From assembly GCA_964016885.1 (NCBI GenBank), contig OZ024744.1, positions 110,856,001-110,920,000 of the forward strand: a DNA stretch of 64,000 nucleotides, in the 5' to 3' direction. This DNA is from Eledone cirrhosa (taxonomy: Eukaryota). Position 1 is the first letter of the stretch; every line of letters begins with the position of its first letter. The notes under the pieces were generated by a model. The model ran no database searches. It was not told the DNA's origin and saw only the letters and a list, made by a program, of their open reading frames with translations. The position numbers and the translations under genes were made by a program. Below are positions 14,201 through 30,469 of the stretch, piece by piece.

Positions 14201-17200
14201 CTTGCCCAGAACAAATTAAAGCTACGTAATCCAATATACCTTACCTTGCCCTGAACACAGTAAAATTACATAATCCACTATAACTTGCCTTGCTCTGAAC
14301 ACAGTAAAACTACACAAACCACTATAAATTACCTTGCCCTGAACACAGTAAAACTAAACAATCCACTATAGCTTACATTGCTCTGAACACAGTAAAACTA
14401 CACAATCCACTATAGCTTACCTTGCCCTGAACACAGTAAAACTACACGATCCACTATAACTTACCTTGCACTGAACACAATAAAACTAAACAATCCACTA
14501 TAGCTTACATTGCTCTGAACACAGTAAAACTACACAATCCACTATAGCTTACCTTGCCCTGAACACAGTAAAACTACACAATCCACTATAACTCACCTTC
14601 CCCTGAACACAGTAAAATTACATAATCCACTATAACTTACCTTGCTCTGAACACAGTAAAACTACACAAACCACTATAAATTACCTTGCCCTGAACACAG
14701 TAAAACTACACAATCCAATATACCTTACCTTGCCCTGAACACAGTAAAACTACACAATCCACTATACCTTACCTTGCCCTTAACACAGTAAAACTACACA
14801 ATCCACTATAGCTTACGTTGCTCTGAACACAGTAAAACTACACCATCCACTATAGCTTAGCTTGCCCTGAAAACAGTAGAACTACACAATCCACTATCAA
14901 TTACCTTGCCCTGAACACAGTAAAACTACACGATCCACTATAACTTACCTTGCACTGAACACAGTAAAACTACACAATCCACTATAAATTACCTTGCCCT
15001 GAACACAGTAAAACTACACAATCCACTATAACTTAACTGGCCCTGAACACAGTAAACTACAGAATCCACTATAACTTACCTTGCCCAGAAAAAAGTAAGA
15101 CTACGTAATCCACTATACCTTACCTTGCCCTGAAGACAGTAAAGCTACACAATCCACTATAACTTACCTTGCTCTGAACACAGTAAAACTACACAATCCA
15201 CTATAGCTTACATTGTTCTGAACACAGTAAAACTACACGATCTACTATAGCTTACCTTGCCCTGAACACAGTAAACTACAGAATCCACTATAACTTACCT
15301 TGCCCAGAACAAAGTAAAACTACGTAATCCACTATACCTTACCTTGCCCTGATGACAGTAAAGCTACACAATCCACTATAACTTACCTTGCCCCGGTCAC
15401 AGTAAATCTACACAATCCACTATAACTTAACGGGCCCTGAACACAGTAAAACCATACAATCCACTATAACTTAACTGGCCCTGAACACACTAAACTACAG
15501 AATCCAATATAACTTACCTTGCTCTGAACACAGGAAAACTACACAATCCACTATAAATTACCTAACTCTGAACACAGTAAAACTACACAATCCACTATAA
15601 CTTACCTTGCTCTGAACACAGTAAAACTACATAATCCACTATAACTTACCTTGCCCTGAACACAGTAAAACTACACAATCCACTATAAGTTAACTGGCCC
15701 TGAACACACTAAACTACACAATCCATTATAACTTACCTTGCTCTGAACACAGGAAAACTACACAATCCACTATAACTTAACTGGGCCTGAACACACTAAA
15801 ACAACACAATCCACTATAAGTTACCTTGCTCTGAAAACAGTAAAACTACACAATCCACTATAACTTAACTGGCCCTGAACACAGTAAAACTACACAATTC
15901 ACTATAAGCTACCTTGCACTGAACACAGTAAAACTACTTAATTCACTATAACTTACCTTGCCCTGAACACAGTAAAACTACACAATCCACTACACCTTAC
16001 CTTGCCCTGAACACAGTAAAACTACACAATCCACTATAACTTACCTTGCTCTGAACACAGTGAAACTACACAATCCACTATAACTTACCTTGCCCTGAAC
16101 ACAGTAAAACTACACAATCCACTTTAACTTACCTTGCCCTGAACACAGTAAAACTACACAATCCACTATAACTTACCTTGCTCTGAACACAGTAAAACTA
16201 CACAATCCACTATACCTTACCTTGCCCTGAACACAGTAAAACTACACAATCCACTATAACTTAACTGGCCCTGAACACAGTAAACTACAGAATCCACTAT
16301 AACTTACCTTGCCCAGAACAAAGTAAAACTACGTAATCCACTATACCGTACCTTGCCCTGAACACAGTAAAACTACACAATCCACTATAACTTACTTTGC
16401 CCTGAACACAGTAAAACTACACAATCAACTATAATTTACCTTGCTCTTAACACAGTAAAACTACACAATCCACTATAACTTACCTTGCCCTGAACACATT
16501 AAAACTACACAATCCACTATAACATACCTTGCCCTGAACACAGTAAAACTACACAATCCACTATAAATTACCTTACCCTGAACACAGTAAAACTACACAA
16601 TCCACTATAACTTACCTTGCCCTGAACACAGTAAAACTACACAATACACTATACCTAATCTTGCCCTGAACACATTAATACTACACAATCCACTATAACT
16701 TACCTTGCTCTGAACACAGTAAAACTACACAATCCACCATAACTTACCTTGCCCTGAACACAGTAAAACTACACAATCCACTATAACTTAACTGGCCCTG
16801 AACACAGTAAACTACAGAATCCACTATAACTTACCTTGCCCAGAACAAATTAAAACTACGTAATCCATTATACCTTACCTTGCCCTGAACACAATAAAAC
16901 TAAACAATCCACTATAGCTTACATTGCTCTGAACACAGTAAAACTACACAATCCACTATAGCTTACCTTGCCCTGAACACAGTAAAACTACGTAATCCAC
17001 TATAACTTACCTTGCCCTGAACACAGTAAAACTACACAATCCTCTATAACCTACCATTGCCCTGAACACAGTAAACTACAGAATCCTCTATAACTTACCT
17101 TGCCCAGAACAAAGTAAAACTACGTAATCCACTATAACTTACCTTGCCCTGAACACAGTAAAACTAGACAATCCACTATAGCTTACCTTGCCCTGAAAAC

Positions 17201-20200
17201 AGTAAAACTACACAATCCACTATAACTTACCTTGCCCTGATCACAGTAAAACTACACAATCACTATAACTTTTTTTGCCCTGAACACAGTAAAACTACAC
17301 AAACCACTATAAATTACCTTGCTCTAAACACAGTAAAGCTAGACAATCCACTATAACTTACCTTGCCCTGAACACAGTAAAACTACACAATCCACTATAA
17401 CTTAACTGGCCCTGAACACAGTAAAACTACACAATCCACTATAACTTAACTGGCCCTGAACCCACTAAACTACAGAATCCACTATAACTTACCTTGTTCT
17501 GAACACAGGAAAACTACACAATCCACTATAACTTAACTGGTCCTGAACACAGTAAAACTACACAATCCACTATAACTTACCTTGCCCTGAACACAGTAAA
17601 ACTACAAAATCCACTATAACTTGCATTGCCCTGAACACAGTAAAACTACACAAACCACTATAACTTAACTGGGCCTGAACACACTAAAACAACACAATCC
17701 ACTATAAGTTACCTTGCTCTGAAAAGAGTAAAACTACACAATCCACTATAACTTAACTGGCCCTGAACACAGTAAAACTACACAATTCACTATAAGCTAC
17801 CTTGCACTGAACACAGTAAAAGTACTTAATTCACTATAACTTACCTTGCCCTGAACACAGTAAAACTACACAATCCACTACACCTTACCTTGCCCTGAAC
17901 ACAGTAAAACTACACAATCCGCTATAACTTACCTTGCTCTGAACACAGTGAAACTACACAATCCACTATAACTTACCTTGCCCTGAACACAGTAAAACTA
18001 CACAATCCACTTTAACTTACCTTGCCCTGAACACTGTAAAACTACACAATCCACTATAACTTACATTGCCCTGAACACAGTAAAACTACACAATCCACTA
18101 TAGTTTACCTTGCCCTGAACACAGTAAAACTACTTAATTCACTATAACTTACCTTGCCCTGAACACAGTAAAACTACACAATCCAATATACCTTACCTTG
18201 CCCTGAACACAGTAAAACTACACAATCCACTATACCTTACCTTGCCCTTAACACAGTAAAACTACACAATCCACTATAGCTTACATTGCTCTGAACACAG
18301 TAAAACTACACCTTCCACTATAGCTTAGCTTGCCCTGAAAACAGTAGAACTACACAATCCACTATAAGTTACCTTGCCCTGAACACAGTAAAACTACACG
18401 ATCCACTATAACTTAACTGGCCCTGAACACAGTAAAACTACACAATTCACTATAAGCTACCTTGCACTGAACACAGTAAAACTACTTAATTCACTATAAC
18501 TTACCTTGCCCTGAACTCAGTAAAACTACACAATCCGCTACACCTTACCTTGCCCTGAACACAGTAAAACTACACAATCCACTATAACTTACCTTGCTCT
18601 GAACACAGTGAAACTACACAATGCACTATAACTTACCTTGCCCTGAACACAGTAAAACTACACAATCCACTTTAACTTACCTTGCCCTGAACACAGTAAA
18701 ACTACACAATCCACTATAACTTACATTGCCCTGAACACAGTAAAACTACACAATCCACTATACCTAACCTTGCCCTGAACACAGTAAAACTACACAATCC
18801 ACTATAACTTACCTTGCTCTGAACACAGTAAAACTACACAATCCACTATACCTTACCTTGCCCTGAACACAGTAAAACAACACAATCCAGTATAACTTAA
18901 CTGGCCCTGAACACAGTAAACTACAGAATCCACTATAAATTACCTTGCCCAGAACAAAGTAAAACTACGTAATCCACTATACCGTACCTTGCCCTGAACA
19001 CAGTAAAACTACACAATCCACTATAACTTACTTTGCCCTGAACACAGTAAAACTACACAAACAACCATAAATTACCTTGCTCTTAACACAGTAAAACTAC
19101 ACAATCCACTATAACTTACCTTGCCCTGAACACATTAAAACTACACAATCCACTATAACATACCTTGCCCTGAACCCAGTAAAACTACACAATCCACTAT
19201 AAATTACCTTACCCTGAACACAGTAAAACTACACAATCCACTATAACTTACCTTGCCCTGAACACAGTAAAACTACACAATACACTATACCTAATCTTGC
19301 CCTGAACACATTAATACTACACAATCCACTATAACTTACCTTGCTCTGAACACAGTAAAACTACACAATCCACCATACCTTACCTTGCCCTGAACACAGT
19401 AAAACTACACGATCCACTATAACTTAACTGGCCCTGAACACAGTAAACTACAGAATCCACTATAACTTACCTTGCCCAGAACAAATTAAAACTACGTAAT
19501 CCATTATACCTTACCTTGCCCTGAACACAATAAAACTAAACAATCCACTATAGCTTACATTGCTCTGAACACAGTAAAACTACACAATCCACTATAGCTT
19601 ACCTTGCCCTGAACACAGTAAAACTACGTAATCCACTATAACTTACCTTGCCCTGAACACAGTAAAACTACACAATCCACTATAACCTACCATTGCCCTG
19701 AACACAGTAAACTACAGAATCCTCTATAACTTACCTTGCCCAGAACAAAGTCAAACTACGTAATCCACTATATGTTACCTTGCCCTGAACACAGTAAAAC
19801 TACACAATCCACTATAGCTTACCTTGCCCTGAAAACAGTAAAACTACACAATCCACTATAACCTACCTTGCCCTGATCACAGTAAAACTACACAATCACT
19901 ATAACTTTTTTTGCCCTGAACACAGTAAAACTACACAAACCACTATAAATTACCTTGCTCTAAACACAGTAAAGCTAGACAATCCACTATAACTTACCTT
20001 GCCCTGAACACAGTAAAACTACACAATCCACTATAACTTAACTGGCCCTGAACACAGTAAAACTACACAATCCACTATAACTTAACTGGCCCTGAACCCA
20101 CTAAACTACAGAATCCACTATAACTTACCTTGTTCTGAACACAGGAAAACTACACAATCCACTATAACTTAACTGGTCCTGAACACAGTAAAACTACACA

Positions 20201-23200
20201 ATCCACTATAACTTACCTTGCCCTGAACACAGTAAAACTACAAAATCCACTATAACTTGCATTGCCCTGAACACAGTAAAACTACACAAACCACTATAAA
20301 TTACCTTGCCCTGAACACAGTAAAACTACACAATCCACTATAGTTTACCTTGCCCTGAACACAGTAAAACTACTTAATTCACTATAACTTACCTTGCCCT
20401 GAACACAGTAAAACTACACAATCCAATATACCTTACCTTGCCCTGAACACAGTAAAACTACACAATCCACTATACCTTACCTTGCCCTTAACACAGTAAA
20501 ACTACACAATCCACTATAGCTTACATTGCTCTGAACACAGTAAAACTACACCTTCCACTATAGCTTAGCTTGCCCTGAAAACAGTAGAACTACACAATCC
20601 ACTATAAGTTACCTTGCCCTGAACACAGTAAAACTACACGATCCACTATAACTTACCTTGCACTGAACACAGTAAAACTACACGATCCACTATAAATTAT
20701 CTTGCTCTGAACACAGTAAAACTACACAATTCAATATAACTTACCTTGCACTGAACACAGTAAAACTACTTAATTCACTATAACTTACCTTGCCCTGAAC
20801 ACAGTAAAACTACACAATCCACTATAACTTACCTTGCCCTGAACACTGTAAAACTACACAATCCACTATAACTTACCTTGCCCTGAACACAGTAAAACTA
20901 CACAAACTACTATAAATTATCTTGCCCTGAACACAGTAAAACTAAACAATCCACTATACCTTACCTTGCCCTGAACACAGTAAAACTACTTAATTCACTA
21001 TAACTTACCTTGCCCTGAACACAGTAAAACTACACAATCCACTATACCTAACATTGCCCTGAACACAGTAAAACTACACAATCCACTATAACTTACCTTG
21101 CTCTGAACACAGTAAAACTACACAATCCACTATACCTTACCTTGCCCTGAACACAGTAAAACTACACAATCCACTATAACTTAACTGGCACTGAACACAG
21201 TAAACTACAGAATCCACTATAACTTACCTTGCCTAGAACAAATTAAAACTACGTAATCCACTATACCGTACCTTGCCCTGAACACAGTAAAACTACACAA
21301 TCCACTATAACTTACTTTGCCCTGAACACAGTAAAACTACACAAACAACTATAAATTACCTTGCTCTAAACACAGTAAAACTACACAATCCACTATAACT
21401 TACCTTGCCCTGAACACATTAAAACTACACAATCCACTATAACATACCTTGCCCTGAACCCAGTAAAACTACACAATCCACTATAAATTACCTTACCCTG
21501 AACACAGTAAAACTACACAATCCACTATAACTTACCTTGCCCTGAACACAGTAAAACTACACAATACACTATACCTAACCTTGCCCTGAACACATTAATA
21601 CTACACAATCCACTATAACTTACCTTGTTCTGAACACAGTAAATCTACACAATCCACCATACCTTACCTTGCCCTGAACACAGTAAAACTACACAATCCA
21701 CTATAACTTAACTGGCCCTGAACACAGTAAACTACAGAATCCACTATAACTTACCTTGCCCAGAACAAATTAAAACTACGTAATCCAATATACCTTACCT
21801 TGCCCTGAACACAGTAAAATTACATAATCCACTATAACTTACCTTGCTCTGAACACAGTAAAACTACACAAACCACTATAAATTACCTTGCCCTGAACAC
21901 AGTAAAACTAAACAATCCACTATAGCTTACATTGCTCTGAACACAGTAAAACTACACAATCCACTATAGCTTACCTTGCCCTGAACACAGTAAAACTACA
22001 CGATCCACTATAACTTACCTTGCACTGAACACAATAAAACTAAACAATCCACTATAGCTTACATTGCTCTGAACACAGTAAAACTACACAATCCACTATA
22101 GCTTACCTTGCCCTGAACACAGTAAAACTACACAATCCACTATAACTCACCTTCCCCAGAACACAGTAAAATTACATAATCCACTATAACTTACCTTGCT
22201 CTGAACACAGTAAAACTACACAAACCACTATAAATTACCTTGCCCTGAACACAGTAAAACTACACAATCCACTATAGTTTACCTTGCCCTGAACACAGTA
22301 AAACTACTTAATTCACTATAACTTACCTTGCCCTGAACACAGTAAAACTACACAATCCAATATACCTTACCTTGCCCTGAACACAGTAAAACTACACAAT
22401 CCACTATACCTTACCTTGCCCTTAACACAGTAAAACTACACAATCCACTATAGCTTACGTTGCTCTGAACACAGTAAAACTACACCATCCACTATAGCTT
22501 AGCTTGCCCTGAAAACAGTAGAACTACACAATCCACTATCAGTTACCTTGCCCTGAACACAGTAAAACTACACGATCCACTATAACTTACCTTGCACTGA
22601 ACACAGTAAAACTACACAATCCACTATAAATTACCTTGCCCTGAACACAGTAAAACTACACAATCCACTATAACTTAACTGGCCCTGAACACAGTAAACT
22701 ACAGAATCCACTATAACTTACCTTGCCCAGAAAAAAGTAAGACTACGTAATCCACTATACCTTACCTTGCCCTGAAGACAGTAAAGCTACACAATCCACT
22801 ATAACTTACCTTGCTCTGAACACAGTAAAACTACACAATCCACTATAGCTTACATTGTTCTGAACACAGTAAAACTACACGATCTACTATAGCTTACCTT
22901 GCCCTGAACACAGTAAACTACAGAATCCACTATAACTTACCTTGCCCAGAACAAAGTAAAACTACGTAATCCACTATACCTTACCTTGCCCTGATGACAG
23001 TAAAGCTACACAATCCACTATAACTTACCTTGCCCCGATCACAGTAAATCTACACAATCCACTATAACTTAACGGGCCCTGAACACAGTAAAACCATACA
23101 ATCCACTATAACTTAACTGGCCCTGAACACACTAAACTACAGAATCCAATATAACTTACCTTGCTCTGAACACAGGAAAACTACACAATCCACTATAAAT

Positions 23201-23330
23201 TACCTAGCTCTGAACACAGTAAAACTACACAATCCACTATAACTTACCTTGCTCTGAACACAGTAAAACTACATAATCCACTATAACTTACCTTGCCCTG
23301 AACACAGTAAAACTACACAATCCACTATAA
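8041..23330. repeat. ~7.6 kb tandem higher-order duplication (~8041-15690 and ~15691-23330)
   Basis: Markers: 8061/15703 (offset 7642), TATATGTTACC 12215/19769 (7554), CCCTGATGAC 15347/22989 (7642). The 88-bp changes match two-monomer deletions near 16140 and near 14700. Confidence 0.88.
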
Positions 23331-26300
23331 GTTATCTTTCTCTGCACACGGTAAAACTACACAATCCACTATAACTTAACTGGCCCTGAACACAGTAAAA
23401 CTACACAATCCACTATAAGTTACCCTGCTCTGAACACAGTAAAACTACACAATCCACTATAACTTACATTGCCCTGAACACAGGAAAACTACACAATTTA
23501 CTATAACTTAACTGGCTCTGAACACAGTAAAACTACACAATCCAATATAACTTAACTGGCCCTGAACACAGTAAAACTACACAATCCACTATAACTTACT
23601 TTGCCCTGAATACAGTAAAACTACACAAACAACTATAACTTACCTTGCTCTAAACACAGTAAAACTACACAATCCACTATAACTTACCTTGCCCTGAACA
23701 CATTAAAACTACACAATCCACTATAACTTACCTTGCCCTGAACACAGTAAAACTACACAATCCACTATAAGTTACCTTGCTCTGAACACAGTAAAACTAC
23801 ACAATCCACTATAACTTAACTGGCCCTGAACACAGTAAAACTACACGATCCACTATAGCGTACCTTGCCCTGAAAACAGTAAAACTACACGATCCACTAT
23901 AACTTACCTTGCTCTAAACACAGTAAAGCTACACAATCCACTATAAATTACCTTGCCCTGATCACAATAAAACTACACAATCACTATAACTTTTTTTGCC
24001 CTGAACACAGTAAAACTACACAAACCACTATAACTTACCTTGCCCTGAACACAGTAAAACTACACAATCCACTATAACTTACCTTGCCCTGAACACAGTA
24101 AAACTACACAAACCACTATAAATTACCTTGCCCTGAACACAGTAAAACTACACAATCCACTATAACTTACCTTGCCCTGAACACAGTAAAACTACACAAA
24201 CCACTATAAATTACCTTGCCCTGAACACAGTAAATCTACACAATCCACTATAACTTACCTTGCCCTGAACACAGTAAAACTACACAATCCACTATAACTT
24301 AACTGGCCCTGAACACAGTAAAACTACACAATCCACTATAACTTAACTGGCCCTGAACCCACTAAACTACACAATCCACTATAACCTACCATTGCCCTGA
24401 ACACAGTAAACTACAGAATCCTCTATAACTTACCTTGCCCAGAACAAAGTCAAACTACGTAATCCACTATATGTTACCTTGCCCTGAACACAGTAAAACT
24501 ACACAATCCACTATAGCTTACCTTGCCCTGAAAACAGTAAAACTACACAATCCACTATAACCTACCTTGCCCTGATCACAGTAAAACTACACAATCACTA
24601 TAACTTTTTTTGCCCTGAACACAGTAAAACTACACAAACCACTATAAATTACCTTGCTCTAAACACAGTAAAGCTAGACAATCCACTATAACTTACCTTG
24701 CCCTGAACACAGTAAAACTACACAATCCACTATAACTTACTTTGCCCTGAATACAGTAAAACTACACAAACAACTATAACTTACCTTGCTCTAAACACAG
24801 TAAAACTACACAATCCACTATAACTTACCTTGCCCTGAACACATTAAAACTACACAATCCACTATAACTTACCTTGCCCTGAACACAGTAAAACTACACA
24901 ATCCACTATAAGTTACCTTGCTCTGAACACAGTAAAACTACACAATCCACTATAACTTAACTGGCCCTGAACACAGTAAAACTACACAATCCACTATAAC
25001 TTAACTGGCCCTGAACCCACTAAACTACAGAATCCACTATAACTTACCTTGTTCTGAACACAGGAAAACTACACAATCCACTATAACTTAACTGGTCCTG
25101 AACACAGTAAAACTACACAATCCACTATAACTTACCTTGCCCTGAACACAGTAAAACTACAAAATCCACTATAACTTGCATTGCCCTGAACACAGTAAAA
25201 CTACACAAACCACTATAAATTACCTTGCCCTGAACACAGTAAAACTACACAATCCACTATAGTTTACCTTGCCCTGAACACAGTAAAACTACTTAATTCA
25301 CTATAACTTACCTTGCCCTGAACACAGTAAAACTACACAATCCAATATACCTTACCTTGCCCTGAACACAGTAAAACTACACAATCCACTATACCTTACC
25401 TTGCCCTTAACACAGTAAAACTACACAATCCACTATAGCTTACATTGCTCTGAACACAGTAAAACTACACCTTCCACTATAGCTTAGCTTGCCCTGAAAA
25501 CAGTAGAACTACACAATCCACTATAAGTTACCTTGCCCTGAACACAGTAAAACTACACGATCCACTATAACTTACCTTGCACTGAACACAGTAAAACTAC
25601 ACAATCCACTATAAATTATCTTGCTCTGAACACAGTAAAACTACACAATTCAATATAACTTACCTTGCACTGAACACAGTAAAACTACTTAATTCACTAT
25701 AACTTACCTTGCCCTGAACACAGTAAAACTATAACTTACCTTGCCCTGAACACTGTAAAACTACACAATCCACTATAACTTACCTTGCCCTGAACACAGT
25801 AAAACTACACAAACTACTATAAATTATCTTGCCCTGAACACAGTAAAACTAAACAATCCACTATACCTTACCTTGCCCTGAACACAGTAAAACTACTTAA
25901 TTCACTATAACTTACCTTGCCCTGAACACAGTAAAACTACACAATCCACTATACCTAACATTGCCCTGAACACAGTAAAACTACACAATCCACTATAACT
26001 TACCTTGCTCTGAACACAGTAACACTACACAATCCACTATACCTTACCTTGCCCTGAACACAGTAAAACTACACAATCCACTATAACTTAACTGGCACTG
26101 AACACAGTAAACTACAGAATCCACTATAACTTACCTTGCCTAGAACAAATTAAAACTACGTAATCCACTATACCGTACCTTGCCCTGAACACAGTAAAAC
26201 TACACAATCCACTATAACTTACTTTGCCCTGAACACAGTAAAACTACACAAACAACTATAAATTACCTTGCTCTAAACACAGTAAAACTACACAATCCAC

Positions 26301-29160
26301 TATAACTTACCTTGCCCTGAACACATTAAAACTACACAATCCACTATAACATACCTTGCCCTGAACCCAGTAAAACTACACAATCCACTATAAATTACCT
26401 TACCCTGAACACAGTAAAACTACACAATCCACTATAACTTACCTTGCCCTGAACACAGTAAAACTACACAATACACTATACCTAACCTTGCCCTGAACAC
26501 ATTAATACTACACAATCCACTATAACTTACCTTGTTCTGAACACAGTAAATCTACACAATCCACCATACCTTACCTTGCCCTGAACACAGTAAAACTACA
26601 CAATCCACTATAACTTAACTGGCCCTGAACACAGTAAACTACAGAATCCACTATAACTTACCTTGCCCAGAACAAATTAAAACTACGTAATCCAATATTC
26701 CTTACCTTGCCCTGAACACAGTAAAATTACATAATCCACTATAACTTACCTTGCTCTGAACACAGTAAAACTACACAAACCACTATAAATTACCTTGCCC
26801 TGAACACAGTAAAACTAAACAATCCACTATAGCTTACATTGCTCTGAACACAGTAAAACTACACAATCCACTATAGCTTACCTTGCCCTGAACACAGTAA
26901 AACTACACGATCCACTATAACTTACCTTGCACTGAACACAATAAAACTAAACAATCCACTATAGCTTACATTGCTCTGAACACAGTAAAACTACACAATC
27001 CACTATAGCTTACCTTGCCCTGAACACAGTAAAACTACACAATCCACTATAACTCACCTTCCCCTGAACACAGTAAAATTACATAATCCACTATAACTTA
27101 CCTTGCTCTGAACACAGTAAAACTACACAAACCACTATAAATTACCTTGCCCTGAACACAGTAAAACTACACAATCCACTATAGTTTACCTTGCCCTGAA
27201 CACAGTAAAACTACTTAATTCACTATAACTTACCTTGCCCTGAACACAGTAAAACTACACAATCCACTATACCTTACCTTGCCCTTAACACAGTAAAACT
27301 ACACAATCCACTATAGCTTACGTTGCTCTGAACACAGTAAAACTACACCATCCACTATAGCTTAGCTTGCCCTGAAAACAGTAGAACTACACAATCCACT
27401 ATCAGTTACCTTGCCCTGAACACAGTAAAACTACACGATCCACTATAACTTACCTTGCACTGAACACAGTAAAACTACACAATCCACTATAAATTACCTT
27501 GCCCTGAACACAGTAAAACTACACAATCCACTATAACTTAACTGGCCCTGAACACAGTAAACTACAGAATCCACTATAACTTACCTTGCCCAGAAAAAAG
27601 TAAGACTACGTAATCCACTATACCTTACCTTGCCCTGAAGACAGTAAAGCTACACAATCCACTATAACTTACCTTGCTCTGAACACAGTAAAACTACACA
27701 ATCCACTATAGCTTACATTGTTCTGAACACAGTAAAACTACACGATCTACTATAGCTTACCTTGCCCTGAACACAGTAAACTACAGAATCCACTATAACT
27801 TACCTTGCCCAGAACAAAGTAAAACTACGTAATCCACTATACCTTACCTTGCCCTGATGACAGTAAAGCTACACAATCCACTATAACTTACCTTGCCCCG
27901 ATCACAGTAAATCTACACAATCCACTATAACTTAACGGGCCCTGAACACAGTAAAACCATACAATCCACTATAACTTAACTGGCCCTGAACACACTAAAC
28001 TACAGAATCCAATATAACTTACCTTGCTCTGAACACAGGAAAACTACACAATCCACTATAAATTACCTAGCTCTGAACACAGTAAAACTACACAATCCAC
28101 TATAACTTACCTTGCTCTGAACACAGTAAAACTACATAATCCACTATAACTTACCTTGCCCTGAACACAGTAAAACTACACAATTCACTATAAGTTATCT
28201 TTCTCTGCACACGGTAAAACTACACAATCCACTATAACTTAACTGGCCCTGAACACAGTAAAACTACACAATCCACTATAAGTTACCCTGCTCTGAACAC
28301 AGTAAAACTACACAATCCACTATAACTTACATTGCCCTGAACACAGGAAAACTACACAATTTACTATAACTTAACTGGCTCTGAACACAGTAAAACTACA
28401 CAATCCAATATAACTTAACTGGCCCTGAACACAGTAAAACTACACAATCCACTATAACTTACTTTGCCCTGAATACAGTAAAACTACACAAACAACTATA
28501 ACTTACCTTGCTCTAAACACAGTAAAACTACACAATTCACTATAACTTACCTTGCCCTGAACACATTAAAACTACACAATCCACTATAACTTACCTTGCC
28601 CTGAACACAGTAAAACTACACAATCCACTATAAGTTACCTTGCTCTGAACACAGTAAAACTACACAATCCACTATAACTTAACTGGCCCTGAACACAGTA
28701 AAACTACACGATCCACTATAGCGTACCTTGCCCTGAAAACAGTAAAACTACACGATCCACTATAACTTACCTTGCTCTAAACACAGTAAAGCTACACAAT
28801 CCACTATAAATTACCTTGCCCTGATCACAATAAAACTACACAATCACTATAACTTTTTTTGCCCTGAACACAGTAAAACTACACAAACCACTATAACTTA
28901 CCTTGCCCTGAACACAGTAAAACTACACAATCCACTATAACTTACCTTGCCCTGAACACAGTAAAACTACACAAACCACTATAAATTACCTTGCCCTGAA
29001 CACAGTAAAACTACACAATCCACTATAACTTACCTTGCCCTGAACACAGTAAAACTACACAAACCACTATAAATTACCTTGCCCTGAACACAGTAAATCT
29101 ACACAATCCACTATAACTTACCTTGCCCTGAACACAGTAAAACTACACAATCCACTATAA
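19670..29160. repeat. ~4.7-4.9 kb tandem higher-order duplication (~19670-24300 and ~24370-29160)
   Basis: The offset is 4699 at TATATG (19769/24468), becomes 4919 after a 5-monomer insert (~24730-24950), then 4863 (22989/27852; 23331/28194) after a 12-bp and a 44-bp deletion. The arithmetic is self-consistent. Confidence 0.88.
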
Positions 29161-30469
29161 ATTACCTTGCTCTAAACACAGTAAAGCTAGACAATCCACT
29201 ATAACTGAACTGGCCCTGAACACAGTAAAACTACACAATCCACTATAACTTAACTGGCCCTGAACACAGTAAAACTACACAATCCACTATAACTTAACTG
29301 GCCCTGAACACAGTAAACTACAGAATCCACTATAACTTACCTTGCCCAGAACAAATTAAAACTATGTAATCCACTATACCTTACCTTGCCCTGAACACAG
29401 TAAAACTACCCAATCCACTATAGCTTACATTGCTCTGAACACAGTAGAACTACACAATCCACTATAGCTTACCTTGCCCTGAACACAGTAAAACTACACA
29501 ATCCACTATAACTTACGTTGCCCTGAACACAGTAAACTACAGAATCCACTATAACTTACCTTGCCCTGAAAACAGTAAAACTACACAATCCACTATAAAT
29601 TACCTTGCCCTGATCACACTAAATCTACACAATCACTATAACTTTTTTTGCCCTGAACACAGTAAAACTACACAAACCACTATAAATTACCTTGCTCTAA
29701 ACACAGTAAAGCTAGACAATCCACTATAACTTACCTTGCCCTGAACACTGTAAAACTACACAATCCACTATAACTTAACTGGCCCTGAACACAGTAAAAC
29801 TACACAATCCACTATAACTTAACTGTCCCTGAACACACTAAACTACACAATCCATTATAACTTACCTTGCTCTGAACACAGGAAAACTACACAATCCACT
29901 ATAACTTAACTGGGCCTGAACACACTAAAACAACACAATCCACTATAAGTTACCTTGCTCTGAACACAGTAAAACTACACAATCCACTATAACTTAACTG
30001 GCCCTGAACACAGTAAAACTATACAATTCACTATAAGCTACCTTGCACTGAACACAGTAAAACTACTTAATTCACTATAACTTACCTTGCCCTGAACACA
30101 GTAAAACTACACAATCCACTACACCTTACCTTGCCCTGAACACAGTAAAACTACACAATCCACTATAACTTACCTTGCTCTGAACACAGTGAAACTACAC
30201 AATCCACTATAACTTACCTTGCCCTGAACACAGTAAAACTACACAATCCACTTTAACTTACCTTGCCCTGAACACTGTAAAACTACACAATCCACTATAA
30301 CTTACATTGCCCTGAACACAGTAAAACTACACAATCCACTATACCTAACCTTGCCCTGAACACAGTAAAACTACACAATCCACTATAACTTACCTTGCTC
30401 TGAACACAGTAAAACTACACAATCCACTATACCTTACCTTGCCCTGAACACAGTAAAACTACACAATCC

